Shown here: one piece after another, positions 30,822 to 42,422 of the stretch
How positions within the stretch are numbered: the first letter of the stretch is position 1
Layout: the number at the start of each line of letters is the position of its first letter
Source: Massalongia carnosa
Lineage: Eukaryota
Direction: 5' to 3'
DNA: 64,000 nucleotides
Assembly (NCBI GenBank): GCA_965645245.1
Contig: OZ287068.1
Location: 2,976,001 to 3,040,000, forward strand
Notes under the pieces: model-generated
What the model was told of the DNA's origin: nothing
Database searches by the model: none
What the model saw: the letters and a program-made list of their open reading frames with translations, nothing else
Made by a program: the position numbers and the translations under genes

Positions 30822-32130
30822 ATGGTAAGAGCATCCTTCACTAAACGCCGAGCATAACTAAACGCTTTCAGTTCACCCCTCAGTTTTACGAAGACGAAGA
30901 CCCGATGGGTGGCATATTTCCTCCGGGCATGATGCGAAGAATGGGCGCGGGAGTACCGCGCCGCTTTGACGAGTACTATCGATGCTATCCCGTAGTAATG
31001 ATGCCTGGTCCAGAGCGAGAAAGCATCAACCATGGGGGGAAGGTTATTTTACCGCCGAGTGCGCTGGACAAGTTGACCAGACTGCACATTACATACCCGA
31101 TGCTGTTTGAGTTGATCAACGGGTCCAAAGAGACGATGACGCACGCGGGCGTTTTGGAGTTTATTGCAGAGGAGGGCAAGATCTATTTGCCATTTTGGGT
31201 ACGTTGGAACCCGAGTGAAAGTTTCTAGAGCGTGCAGCCTAATCTTGATGGCAGATTATGCAAACTCTACATCTCGAACCTGGCGACCTGCTCCAAGTCA
31301 AATCTACAGACCTCCCATCCGGCCAATTCGTCAAATTACAAGCCCAATCTACCTCCTTCCTCGACATCTCCGACCCCAAAGCCGTGCTGGAAAACGCATT
31401 TCGAAACTTCTCCTGTTTGACCAAAGGTGATATATTCACCTTCGCCTACAATGACCAAACCTACGAAATGGCGGTGTTGGAAACCAAGCCCGAAACAGGC
31501 AAGAACGCCATCAGCGTGCTAGAAACGGATTTGGAAGTGGACTTTGCAGCCCCTCTCGGTTATGAAGAGCCAAAGAGACCCAGTGGTACGAGCACACCGC
31601 GAAGTGTAAACGGGGGTTTACCGGCCGGCGGCACAATACACAATACAGGTACCATGGCCCAAGCCATCAACTACGCCTCGATCGCCCCCAGTTCCAACAC
31701 AGCCGCCGCAGGCGCAAAGGCCGTGTCTTCGAATTTCCTTCTCGGCGGCCAGAAGCTCAACGCTAGGAAAGGCAGCCGTAATCCTACTCCAAAGGCTTCC
31801 ACCCCGGTCGCAGGAGCATCAACCAATAAACCCCTTCCCACAGTCCGACGCACCAACGGGCCGCAACCCCTTCGACTACCCCCGGGGAAACTCTTTTTCG
31901 GCTACGACATCAAGCCAGTTAAGAAAACCGAGCAGAAAGAAGTCGACGACACGAAGCCGAAGTTCCAGGGCCAGGGCCAGACGCTCCGCAGTGGCACCAA
32001 GCGTAAAGGCGGCGACTCAGACTCCGCGAGCGAGCCAATGGAGAAGGCCAAGGAGACGGAGAAGAAAGGTCCCACTGCCACCGGCTCGCGGCTTGGAGGC
32101 GGACGGACGCTGAGGGATACGCCTCGGTAG
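30822..32130 (+). CDS. UFD1: Ubiquitin fusion degradation protein 1
   Basis: FDEYYRCYP, GGKVILPPSALDKL, THAGVLEFIAEEG, DPKAVLENAFRNFS, DLEVDFAAP, FQGQGQTL (SHP box); first exon is ATG only (30822-30824). Confidence 0.96.
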
Positions 32131-32742
32131 GAGAAACCCGGGCTTTCTCTTGCATGCTTGCTTGCTCGCTTGATGGCATTGCCCCCTGGCGTCCGGATGA
32201 TCCATGGAAGTTGGGAAAGGGCATGGCGTAACATGCGTCATGATAGGTAAAGGGCGAATGTATCTTTACGTTATCATGCATTGAGCTTTTGGATTGAATT
32301 TCCTTTCCTTGGAAGGGTGAATTTCGAGAAATGCCTCTTCTTGGACCAATTGCTCAATCACAACTACCTAACTAGCGAAAAGGCTGCTGCTCGAAGACAC
32401 AAATGGCCGTGCTTGGATTAAAGGATCCTCCCTTTGCCGAGTTTCTCTTGGCTCCCCCAAATAAAATATCTTCTTTCCACTCCATTCCTCTTCATACTTC
32501 CCTTCCTTCTCCCCGCAGCCGTCGAGGCAGAAAAAGGCAAAACCGAGAAAGAAACTTCGGCGATTCGTAAAGCCTCTCTCTCTTTTCTTTCCCATTCGTC
32601 CCCCCCTGGCGGCGCACAACTAGCAGCCCGGGACGCTTTTTCACCGGCTACCTAGTCCATGTTTGTAATTTGTATAATTCCCCAACTACTTAACTACCAT
32701 GCCGGGCACGGACTCGGTAAAAAAATAACAGCACCGTGTGGA

Positions 32743-33693
32743 TTACCCTTCTGTGGCCGTGTCCGTGTCCTCGTCTTCATCTTCGTCGTCCGCTTTCACT
32801 TTCACTTCCTCTCCCTCTTCCTCTTTCTTGACCTGCACCTTCTCCTCCTCCATCCCCTTCTCAAGCTTAACCCCCTTCACCTCCCCAGCCGCGCTTCCGC
32901 TCCTCTTCCGCCCCAGCGGCGCGTCCGCAATCGTTATGAACTCCCCCTTTACCGCGCTCTTGATCCGCCACCCCTTCATCGACGGTCCCATCCCGTTCGC
33001 GGTCTTGGCGGGTGTGGCTGAGGTGTTGGTAGTAGTAGGAGTGGTAGTGGTGATAAGGTCTACGATCGAGGATGGGGAGGGGGATGGCGATGGCGATGGG
33101 GCAGCTTTACCTACTGGAGCGGAGGTGGCCTTTTTGGTGGGGGCGGAGGATGGCTTTTTAGCGGTCGTGGCAGGGGCTTTTTTGTCGGTTTTAGTGGTTG
33201 GGAGGGAGGAGATGGTGATGGAGGAGGATTTTTTTTCGCGGCGGAGTTTGGCAATGCGCTCGATGATGGATTTGGAGGTTGCGCCTGTTTTTGGGGGGGG
33301 GTTGGGGAGGGAGTTAGGTGGGGATTGCAAAGGAGTCAGCGGTGACGGGAGGGATTTACGCACCTGGGAATAGAGTGGCGATGTGGTCGATCGGGATATC
33401 TTTTATGCTGGGAGCAATGAGTTGGAGGAGGAGCTGGAGATGTGGAAAAGGGGTTAGTGAGGGTTTTTGGAGGATACTGAAGGGCCTTGGAATGGCTTAC
33501 CTTACGGTCGTTCTCGGGTGTCCAGTTCTGTTGAGGGGGAGGGAGGGGGATTGTTAGCAAGGGTGAGCTGGTTTGAGGGGCGTGGAAAGAGGGAGCAGGA
33601 GATTGAGTGTTTGATAGGGCATTTTCAGTAGGCTTCTGCATAGGTTGTGGAAAGTGTGGTGATGTGGTATGATAGACTTACGACTTTGACCAT
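32743..33693 (-). CDS. Small Myb/SANT-like protein, cluster copy A (216 aa)
   Basis: Exons 33693-33682, 33527-33501, 33433-33364, 33284-32743 with canonical splice sites give MVKVNWTPENDRKLLLQLIAPSIKDIPIDHIATLFPGATSKSIIERIAKLRRE, then a K/T/P-rich linker and acidic tail. Confidence 0.85.
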
Positions 33694-34930
33694 TGTAGCG
33701 GTTGCTTTCGGAAACTAAAGCTTGGATATTCCGTTTTTTTGAAGAATGAGTCGAGCAAAACTGACTTCGGCAAATATTTTTGGAAATGAGTGCAGAAAGA
33801 TGGATGAGCTCACTGTGATGTTTCTTTCTGGCTGAGGGAGATGAGAATCTCTGAAGATCTTTGAAAGAATCTTGAGAATGATTTGATAATGAAAGATAGA
33901 TAGCTTTGATTCGTGCAAGATGCGAGGTTGGAAGAATGATTGCGTCGAGGTTTGGAAGGATTAATGTAAGATGTGGTAGATTTCGAGAAGATAAGTAGGA
34001 GTTTAGGGAGTTTGTGTTGAAGGGTATCTTGAATGTTGAAGAGTGTTTTTTATTTCGAAGGGCTGGGCGGGTGAGTTTGAGTGTTGTGACGTGATGGGGT
34101 GAGGTTTAATGAAAGCTGAAACGTCGCGACGAGGTATGGGGGAATGTTGAGTCTAGATTGAGTGCAAAAGTCTTTGCCTTGGGAGTGATGGGTTTGAGTT
34201 GTTGAGTATGAGATGGGATAAGTGAATGCGAACTCTGCCCGGGGCTATAAGATGCAAGTGGAGGCGGAACTTGAGACCTGGATTCCGGGAATTGAAAGAG
34301 GGCTGAAGAAGTAGATGTTGTGAGATTCGAGAGGGATAATATTGACGATTCCTGAGCGCTTGATAAAACATTTTGATATGTCTAACTATATCTTACTTGT
34401 TTGGGAATTTTTTTGGAGGACTTAGAGATAATCAGAAAGGGCAGCTTTACGTTGCAAGGCAATTAAATTGCTGAGGATATAGGAAAAAACTCCAGAGTTT
34501 GGGAAACGCTTGGATAAATTTGAGGCATGAAAATTGAGATCCTTGATTTCGGGGCGACCAAGCAAGACTCGAAATTGACACTAGTCGAAGAGGAATGTTT
34601 CTAATTTGTGGCAAGAATCTATAATCTTGCCTCGTAATAAGGGGCTGTTTGTACTCATGGGCTGAACCCAGCTGAAACTGTCTCTACGGACGATGCTCCA
34701 GGTTTCTTAATATTGGAAGGATTAGAGTTGTTGATGTGCTTTAGAGTACATCAGCCGATTTGCTCAGTTAAGATACCATAGAATCAGACGCACCTATTAC
34801 GAAATCTTCTGCTTAAAGAGAGTAGGTATATCTACTTTGGACCGCTGCTGCAAAACATAGCGAAATAGTTGATCTTCATGTTGCCTCAGGACCTCGGAAC
34901 GTAGTTGGCTACTGGGTTTGCTAGTTAAGT

Positions 34931-34997
34931 TAAGCCCCTTCGGGTTAGTCACATAAATGCTGTGAAGTCAGCTTAACTGTTAACCCGAAGGGGCTTA
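34931..34997. repeat. Perfect 17-bp inverted repeat with 33-bp spacer; candidate TA-flanked micro-MITE
   Basis: TAAGCCCCTTCGGGTTA (34931-34947) and TAACCCGAAGGGGCTTA (34981-34997). Confidence 0.75.
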
Positions 34998-36020
34998 GCC
35001 GTGCTCGTCTGAGATGGCACTTCTTTCGGCGTATGTCCTTGACATTGAAGATCTGATCTCATGGATTGTTTTAAAAACTTCTCAGTGTTTCTTAAGCAGG
35101 GCTGGCTTGGCTTTCAAATGCAAACTGAATATCCAATTGGTTTGCTCACTATAAGGACCACTGCCTTCCTTTCATATGGGTTCTAGTTTCTCTTTTCCGG
35201 TATTGTTGAAATTTACTGCATTTTACCACAGAAGCTACTATATCTTCAGAGTTTGATTCAAATCAGCATAATTCTCGAGACAGGTACTTTGAAGAATGTA
35301 AAAATTTCTCCTAGCCTTTGTTCAATTGCTTCAAGCAGCAAAATGTGCACCTCGACACCGTCTGGACCTTCGTTCCCGTTCGATTTGGAATTACAGTGTG
35401 CCTTGTTAAAACTCAGCCCATTGGGTTGACTTGAACATCTCGATTGGATACTCGGGCAAAGTTCATTGGCTGATGTGTTCCATCTTTTCGTGGAATCTTA
35501 AAAATCCAATGGACAGAGTATCCTCAGTGCACTTTCGTGGTACGCTTCAGTTGCAAAGGAAGCAAGGTTGGGAAATTAGCTTGGTCAAACCAGACCAACT
35601 CTGTCTAAAAGAATCAGCTACCTTTAGCGATCAGCTTTCAGGGAGTGCAAAGCTGAGCCGGTTTCTTTGAGCTAGCTATCATTCCCTTTAAGCCGCCACT
35701 TGTGTCTTCTTTGTTCGGGTAGTTGAGCCTTTGTTGGCTCTTCAATGACGGCATTACCGTCAATGGTTTCGTATTAGCTACAAAATCTCGTCTAAACAAA
35801 TATGTCTGATCAAGGTCATTGTTAGATGACTGTCAATCCCATTGTGCAATAAGAGACATGTCTTTAAACATCTTATATAAAATATGCTCCTGTACCTTAT
35901 GCTCGCTCATCAACTCACTCCTCCTCTCATCTGCTCAGAAAAGCTCAGTCAGATCGACAATCCTTCGGGATATCCGTCGCTGGCGAATACTCTTCAGCAT
36001 CAACTTTCTTAGTATAAAAC

Positions 36021-37316
36021 ATGTCGACTAACGCCCCATTTTATATATCCCTATATCCCGAAGATATTCTCCAAGACTCGCTGCATTCAATGTTAGCGAA
36101 GGAACTCGGCGAGGCGTTGATTGCACAGCTTTTGCCTCAATTCTCAGATGACACGGCGACGGATTTCACCGCTCTAGACGATTTGGAAGAGGGAGAAATT
36201 CTCGAAGATACATTACAACAGCGATTAGGCAAGGAGCCTTGGGACCTAGGGTCTACGCAGCTCCTATCTCCGACTCAGGATGACGCGGTAAAGGCAACGG
36301 AAGGCAAATATAGGATGCGGAGGTCCCGCTGGGACGAAAAGGATAACTATAAGCAGGTCGAATTCCTTGGAGAAGGCGGAGAAGGTACCTGCTTTCTTCT
36401 CCAAAAACGACAGAACAAGGAATTCGTTGTTTGCAAAGTTGCTCCTCTTCGCTATTCGAGTGACGATGGGAACCCCCGGGAGGTAGAAATACTTAGGGAC
36501 ATACTTCCTCCAAATGACCGAATCGTTCGGTTCCATGACGCCATCCTGTCAAGTTGGGGCTCGCAGATTTACTTTGACTATTATTCTGGAGGCGACCTAT
36601 CGGCTCTTATGTTCAACTACCACGCTCGTGATTACGATCTTCCCGAATCCTTCATCTGGCACACCGTCCTCCACCTTGCCGAAGCTTTGGCCTTTCTCCA
36701 CTACGGCTGCGACCGACACTCCGACCACGCAATCGTACCAAATTGGACACCGGTCGTTCATCGAGATATCAAGCCCGCCAATATCTTCCTTCGTCTCCCA
36801 TCGTTCGACGCTGAGAATATCCTTGGATACCCTTACCCCTCCATTGTGCTCGGTGACTTCGGCCTTGCGACGGTCGAGCCGTCCGACCAACCCGTCGGGA
36901 CGTTCGTTTGGCAACCACCAGAACTTCCCTATGCATCTTCGGAGGGGGACTGCTGGGCAGCTGGCGCCATTATTCACGCCATGAGTCTCCAAGGGGATCC
37001 GCCCATGGCACTTCTTCCACCACACTTGGCCGATACTCACGAAAATCGCGAATGGTGGTATTATCAAGAAGAGGCGAGGGAGGTTCGCTCTGTTTATCCA
37101 TACTCGCGCGAGCTAGACGAATGCATGAGCGGCGCGCTCATACACGATCCATCTGCACGCTTCACCGCTTTAGACCTTCTTGATCTAGCTATCATGCACC
37201 ACGAGGACACTGACCCTGAGAACAGAGACTGGGTACCACTAGAGCCCTGGGCCTTTGAGAAGTACAAGGGCGTTTGTAAGGCGCACCTTAAGACCCAATC
37301 TTCTGAAAGCTACTAA
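36021..37316 (+). CDS. Intronless Ser/Thr protein kinase, NEK/NIMA-like, 431 aa
   Basis: LGEGGEG, VVCK, EVEIL, YYSGGDL, LPESFIWH, VVHRDIKPANIFL, LGDFGLA, GTFVWQPPE, GDCWAAG; TATA-like TATATAAA at ~35875. Confidence 0.88.
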   Translation: MSTNAPFYISLYPEDILQDSLHSMLAKELGEALIAQLLPQFSDDTATDFTALDDLEEGEILEDTLQQRLGKEPWDLGSTQLLSPTQDDAVKATEGKYRMRRSRWDEKDNYKQVEFLGEGGEGTCFLLQKRQNKEFVVCKVAPLRYSSDDGNPREVEILRDILPPNDRIVRFHDAILSSWGSQIYFDYYSGGDLSALMFNYHARDYDLPESFIWHTVLHLAEALAFLHYGCDRHSDHAIVPNWTPVVHRDIKPANIFLRLPSFDAENILGYPYPSIVLGDFGLATVEPSDQPVGTFVWQPPELPYASSEGDCWAAGAIIHAMSLQGDPPMALLPPHLADTHENREWWYYQEEAREVRSVYPYSRELDECMSGALIHDPSARFTALDLLDLAIMHHEDTDPENRDWVPLEPWAFEKYKGVCKAHLKTQSSESY

Positions 37317-38629
37317 CCCCTTCTTCCTGACACTGGCTTTTGCAGAATATATTTTCAACCTCTCCGTTTTTTCTGAATATCCGCTCTTATGTACTACTAC
37401 ATTTTTTTTATCCCCAAGTTTATGTTATATGCGGGGTGGGGCTATTGTACTATTCATAGACTCGAAGCCCTTGAGAGGGGCCTCAGCCCCTTTTAGGTTG
37501 AAAAAGAAATAAAGGAATTAAAATCCAACCAAAGAACGCGGTACGGAGGCTTTAAAAAAAAAAACCACGACCTGGGGCCTTAACAGCTCCCTGGACTCGA
37601 CAGCTGTAGTTATATTCCCAAAAAAAAACCTATCGCATGCTCTGGATGCCGCTATCTTGGATCAGCAATACCTACTCTTCTGGGCCCCGTCAACCTTGCC
37701 ATGGACACAACTAAAGCTGTTAAGATCGTTTCAAGACGATTGGAATGATCGCTTGGCCAGCAAGAGATCACCTGTACGCGGTGCTGGCTACGAACCTTCT
37801 GTTGATCAGGAGAGCCAACGATCTCATCTGCTTCTACCAAATTATTACGATCTGCGACCCTGAACGTGACTATGCTATCGACGCGAACAAAGAGTCTCCT
37901 TTATTTCCTACCATACACATACCTACTGCTTTCGAGGGCTTCAAGCCCACAACCCCATCCGCCGATTCTATCGCAGGAGATACGCAGAATTCGGCAATGA
38001 ATGTGCCTGGTGCAAGAAGGACCGCGGCAGTATGCAGATCCAAACCAACAAGAAAAAGTCCAGCCCAAGATATTTTTCCTACGAAAGGTATTTCTCCGGC
38101 TTTTCAAGGGCCCTATTTGACAGTAGCATAGGCGAAGCAACTCCCAGGAAGACGGCATAGATTTTTAGAAACCCCGCAGGTCAATTCGAGAATCCTATCG
38201 CTCCCCCCCAAGGAATAGCCGTGCGGAAATCCCTCAAAGAGGACCTTGGGGAAACTCGACAGGAAACCAGCCAGTAAGAAATTACTTGTTCGTGGTGCTA
38301 AGAACCTTCTGTTTTGTCGGGAGAGCCAACGCTTTTAGCCCGCCCTCCCCCCCCTTTTCCCTTCCATACTTTGCGTTGTAGACAATATAGGTCGTGATAT
38401 TATAGCTGGGCCGGGGGGGGGAGTAGAAACGATTAGATGTTCAAACCTGTATAGCACTGAGATTTTAAACCCTGTATACATAGGTTGACCCTGCCAGACA
38501 CGGTGTGGAGGGGTGGAGTGGACCTCCACCAGATGGCCAGATGACAGGTGTGATGACTGTACGCGAGGGTCAGTGCTACCGAGCACCACTGCCGGAAGTC
38601 ACATGATCGCTCCCTGAGCCGTCAGTTAT

Positions 38630-40794
38630 CCCTCTCGCTGTCATTCTAGCACCCCCCCCCAAGCTAAACCATTGTTGGTTAGAAAGCGCTAAACCTTAAA
38701 CTTTTGACCAATCAATGTTATTCCTATTCACAAGAAGTTGTACGGAGTATCAGATACCTATTTACTCGTCCCCTATCATATGAATAGCTTCCCAACAGCT
38801 GGCTTTCTTACAGCAGGGCCTGATTGGATTACATCCTCCACAAGCCCATATAGTCTGAGCACCCCTTCGCCTTCTTTTACGCCCATCGACACTTATTTCA
38901 GCCAGTGGCTCTCCCTTCCGCTTTGAAGGTCGTTTTTTCTCGGCGTTACATTGCACACATCTTTTTCTGCCTTCAAGACGAACGTAATGATGAATGGGAG
39001 ATGGTACTAAAGCATCAATCGTGGTATTGATGCTTATCTTTGATGAGCCGGGCCTGATGCCCGCTTGATTTGATATCAGTTCAAGAGCAATCCGACGAAG
39101 AAATTCAGAACGAGTAAATTTTATCTCCTCGGAATCGAAAGAGTTCAGCGAGTAAAGTTTATAGGCATTCAATCCGGCTGCATCTAAAATAAAAATGAAC
39201 AAAGGCCACCAGTAACGATCCGTTCGACGATTGTATGAGTAAATCGCTCGTTGCTGAGCGTTTCCATCCGATCCCCCCATATGAAGATTATATTCTTTGA
39301 TTGGGGCTGGTATCGGTAATCCTAAGGGCCGTTGAACCTCTTGATTGAGCAAGGGAATGGAGTGAGCCAGAGTTGATGGGAAATACGATACAATAGGTTG
39401 AAGAGAGGTCTCGGGAATTCCATATCTCTTGTGCGGATTTATATAGTGCATTTCGTACAAGTCCTGAGGAGAATGACCGGTGGTCATGTACTGCACACCA
39501 TTATTATCCACCCAGCCCATACAAAGCACCTTATCGTCGACCACCATATGGGCCTGAAGACCCCAGTCTTTTCCTTTTGAAGTGACGTCCCGTATGGCCA
39601 ACAATTCTTCTGGAAAGCCCGAGCCCTTTTTAGCAGTTCCACTGGCAGCTATTCCGATTGATCGAAGTGCCTTGAATAATTTCGTACTAGTAAAGAAATT
39701 ATCACAGAAAAGATGATAATTCAGTGAGGATGGAAGTTCTTTACATAACCGAATCACTAGCAAAGCACTAGGAGTTAGTTTATCTTTTGGCAAAAATCCC
39801 AATTGTCTGACTGTTTTCAATTCACTTATTCTGCTACTCTTCGAGGCAAACATAAATGACAACAGATAATTATCCTGACAGAGACTGTAGATTTTAAATC
39901 CTTTATGGGCACTTTTTGTAGTAATCTGCAAGGTATGTCGAGAACGGCCCTTGAATAACACCAGCTGTTCATCTATAGATATCATACTTCCTGGTCTGCA
40001 ATGTTTCAATGAAGTCTTTCGGAAATCAGTAGCCAACGGTTCCAGTTTCTTCCACCAATCAGGTCCTTGACCAAGTCCGATAGGCTCAGTCTGTCCATTA
40101 TTGATTTTCAAAAATCGTTTGATTTGTTGAAATCGACCAAGCGACATCGCGGACAGAATAGGCATGATAACTGGTTTGTCAGGACGTTGATTCCAATAAT
40201 CCTCTGTAGCAGGTAGATGATCGAGTCCCATAAGAATTAATATGCCCAAAAAAACCTCAATTTCCGAGTCAGTAGTGTCAGTCCAAACCCGATGATTGTT
40301 CTCCTTCTCCTTTTCCATGTAGTTATTTGCCTTGATATTGGTATGATTTGCGATGATACGACAATGCTGCCTTGTTATAAATAACCGAAATAATCCCAAA
40401 GGATTTCGAGAATCGTTTTCAACGAGCGGAACAAAAGGCCTGTTTTCAACCCGAATGGGGGTATATTTTGAGGAATAGGGGGAAGGTCGATTAAAATATC
40501 CCGAACACTTCTTTTGCGATTTATTTTATGTTGCTTCGCTGAAATGGGAGATTTGTCTGATACACTCGGGATTTCTTCTTCATTGAGCGTCATACTTATA
40601 ATATCAATTCCGAAGCTAGAAGAATAGTAATTTATGTGATTTATTTTGATTGAATGACCGAATAGTATTCTTTGAAAAGTAAACAAACGCGCAAACACTC
40701 TAGAGAAAACTAATGTTCTGATGACTCATCGGTGCGGAAGCTAGTCCAATATAGATTAGCTTGGGGGGGGGGTGCTAGAATGACAGCGAGAGGG
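38630..40794 (-). mobile_element. piggyBac-like DNA transposon, 2165 bp
   Basis: TIRs CCCTCTCGCTGTCATTCTAGCA-C9/10-AAGCTAA at 38630-38667 and 40756-40794; transposase ORF inside. Confidence 0.93.
38762..40593 (-). pseudogene. piggyBac transposase with one apparent frameshift near 40470
   Basis: SIDEQLVLFKGRS, LFCDNFFTS and YNLHMGGSD give the DDD triad; MSLGRFQQIKRFL; C-terminal Cys-rich domain CVQC...CGGC..CC...C..H. The ATG at 40593 is in a different frame from the main ORF. Confidence 0.85.
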
Positions 40795-41434
40795 ATAGTC
40801 CCGCTCGCCCACTTCTTCTGTTCGGTTTATCTCTTCATCTCTTCATCTAGTCAGCTAGTCAGTGCGTACGTAGCAACATGACGACGACGACCTGATCATT
40901 CATTTCATTTCATATGATGGCCCAGTGACAGTACGATTGATTCATAGACGCACACCACCCAGTTTATCCTCCTTCAACGGCTACCAGGAGATTTCCAATC
41001 CCTCCTTTCCCTCCTTTCTCCCCTAAATAGAGGTAACTTCTTTTAATCTTTGCTCGGGGGGAGGAGGATTATGTTCAGCTTCATCCAGGGGAGGCTTGCA
41101 TTGCATAGTTGGTTATTTTTAGAGGGGGGAGGGGGGAGGGGACGCAGGGTGGACATGTATAAGAAGCCTTCCCCATCTCGTTCAATTCATTCATGATCGC
41201 ACCTCCCCACGGCAGGGAATGGAAAACCAAACCAGCATAAGCGCCACCTACTTTCCCCGACAGAACAACGATAGCTAACCTAACCAATGCTTCCCCTTTG
41301 TTTCCCCATATCCAGCGGAGAAATTGCACATTTCCACCATCATGTTTTTCTGCCCCTTTTCCAGAAATCGAAGCCCGAGACCGTGAAAATATAAGACCCT
41401 CGTCATGTTTCCCCCCATGGAAACAAGCCCAGGA

Positions 41435-42422
41435 TCAGATCTGTGCTCCCTCATACCTCAATCCCATTTCCATGTCGTCTTCGTGCTCGGCGAACCAAGC
41501 CTCGACCCCAACTCCCATGCCAGGAAGAACAAGCTCGCCCTCGTCCTCGGCGTCCCCGTTCGTAGCCCAGAACTCCTCATTCTCGCCAAGCTGCTCCTCC
41601 TTGACCATGCGGGCCTTCTTCGATGGGGCGCCGTTCTTGCCAACGCGCCCACCGAGCACCTTGGTGCCTGCTGCTGCTGCTGCTTCTCCATCTTCGGTCT
41701 TGACGACGGTGCTGGCAGTCTTCTTTTTGGGAGGCGCGCGGGGTTTGGATTTACGTGGGGTGGGAGAATTAGAAGCGAAGGAAGTATTAGCGGTGGCAGG
41801 AGTGCCACGGGAGGGTGCTCCTGGACGGGTTCCGGACTCAATTTCTTCGGTAAGAGTCTTTGCAAGGCGTTTTATGATCCGGAAACGGCCTTCAATGGAG
41901 TCGTAGGTCGCACCTGGGGGGATGGAGGGGTTGTAAGAGAAGAAGATGCTTGATAGAGAGGAGGAGAAGAAGAAGAAGAAGAAGAAGAAGGGAAGTCTAA
42001 GGGAAAGAATGAAGAATAATATTATACCTTGGCCGAAGTAGCTGGCTATCTTCCGGTAATCAAGCTGATAGAAGAGGAATGTTAGCCAATTCATTACAAG
42101 AGTGATCGTAAATAGAAAACAACGAGAACTAGATGACGGTATCGGGTAAGGAATCATGAAAATAAAGGGATTTTGCACAAGAGAAGATGGAAGAGAGGTA
42201 GTAGAAATATGAGTAAGTGAGCAGGTAATACGACACTGAAGATTTTGATACCCACAGGTGCGGAAGCACGAATGCGTTTCATAGGTAATAGTAACTTCGA
42301 TAGACTTGAACCCACGAGCGCCGGGTGTATTCTAGGTAAATCCATACCTTCATATCCTGGGCGGCAACCATTGATGCCAAAAGGCGCTCAAATGTATCGA
42401 CGGATTTCCAGTCAATCGGCAT
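41435..42422 (-). CDS. Small Myb/SANT-like protein, cluster copy B (196 aa)
   Basis: Exons 42422-42348, 42064-42028, 41913-41435 give MPIDWKSVDTFERLLASMVAAQDMKLDYRKIASYFGQGATYDSIEGRFRIIKRLA, then a basic linker and acidic tail. Confidence 0.88.

Noticed and set aside
32738..33373. 211-aa hydrophobic + strand ORF
   Set aside because: Antisense mirror of the low-complexity tail of cluster copy A.
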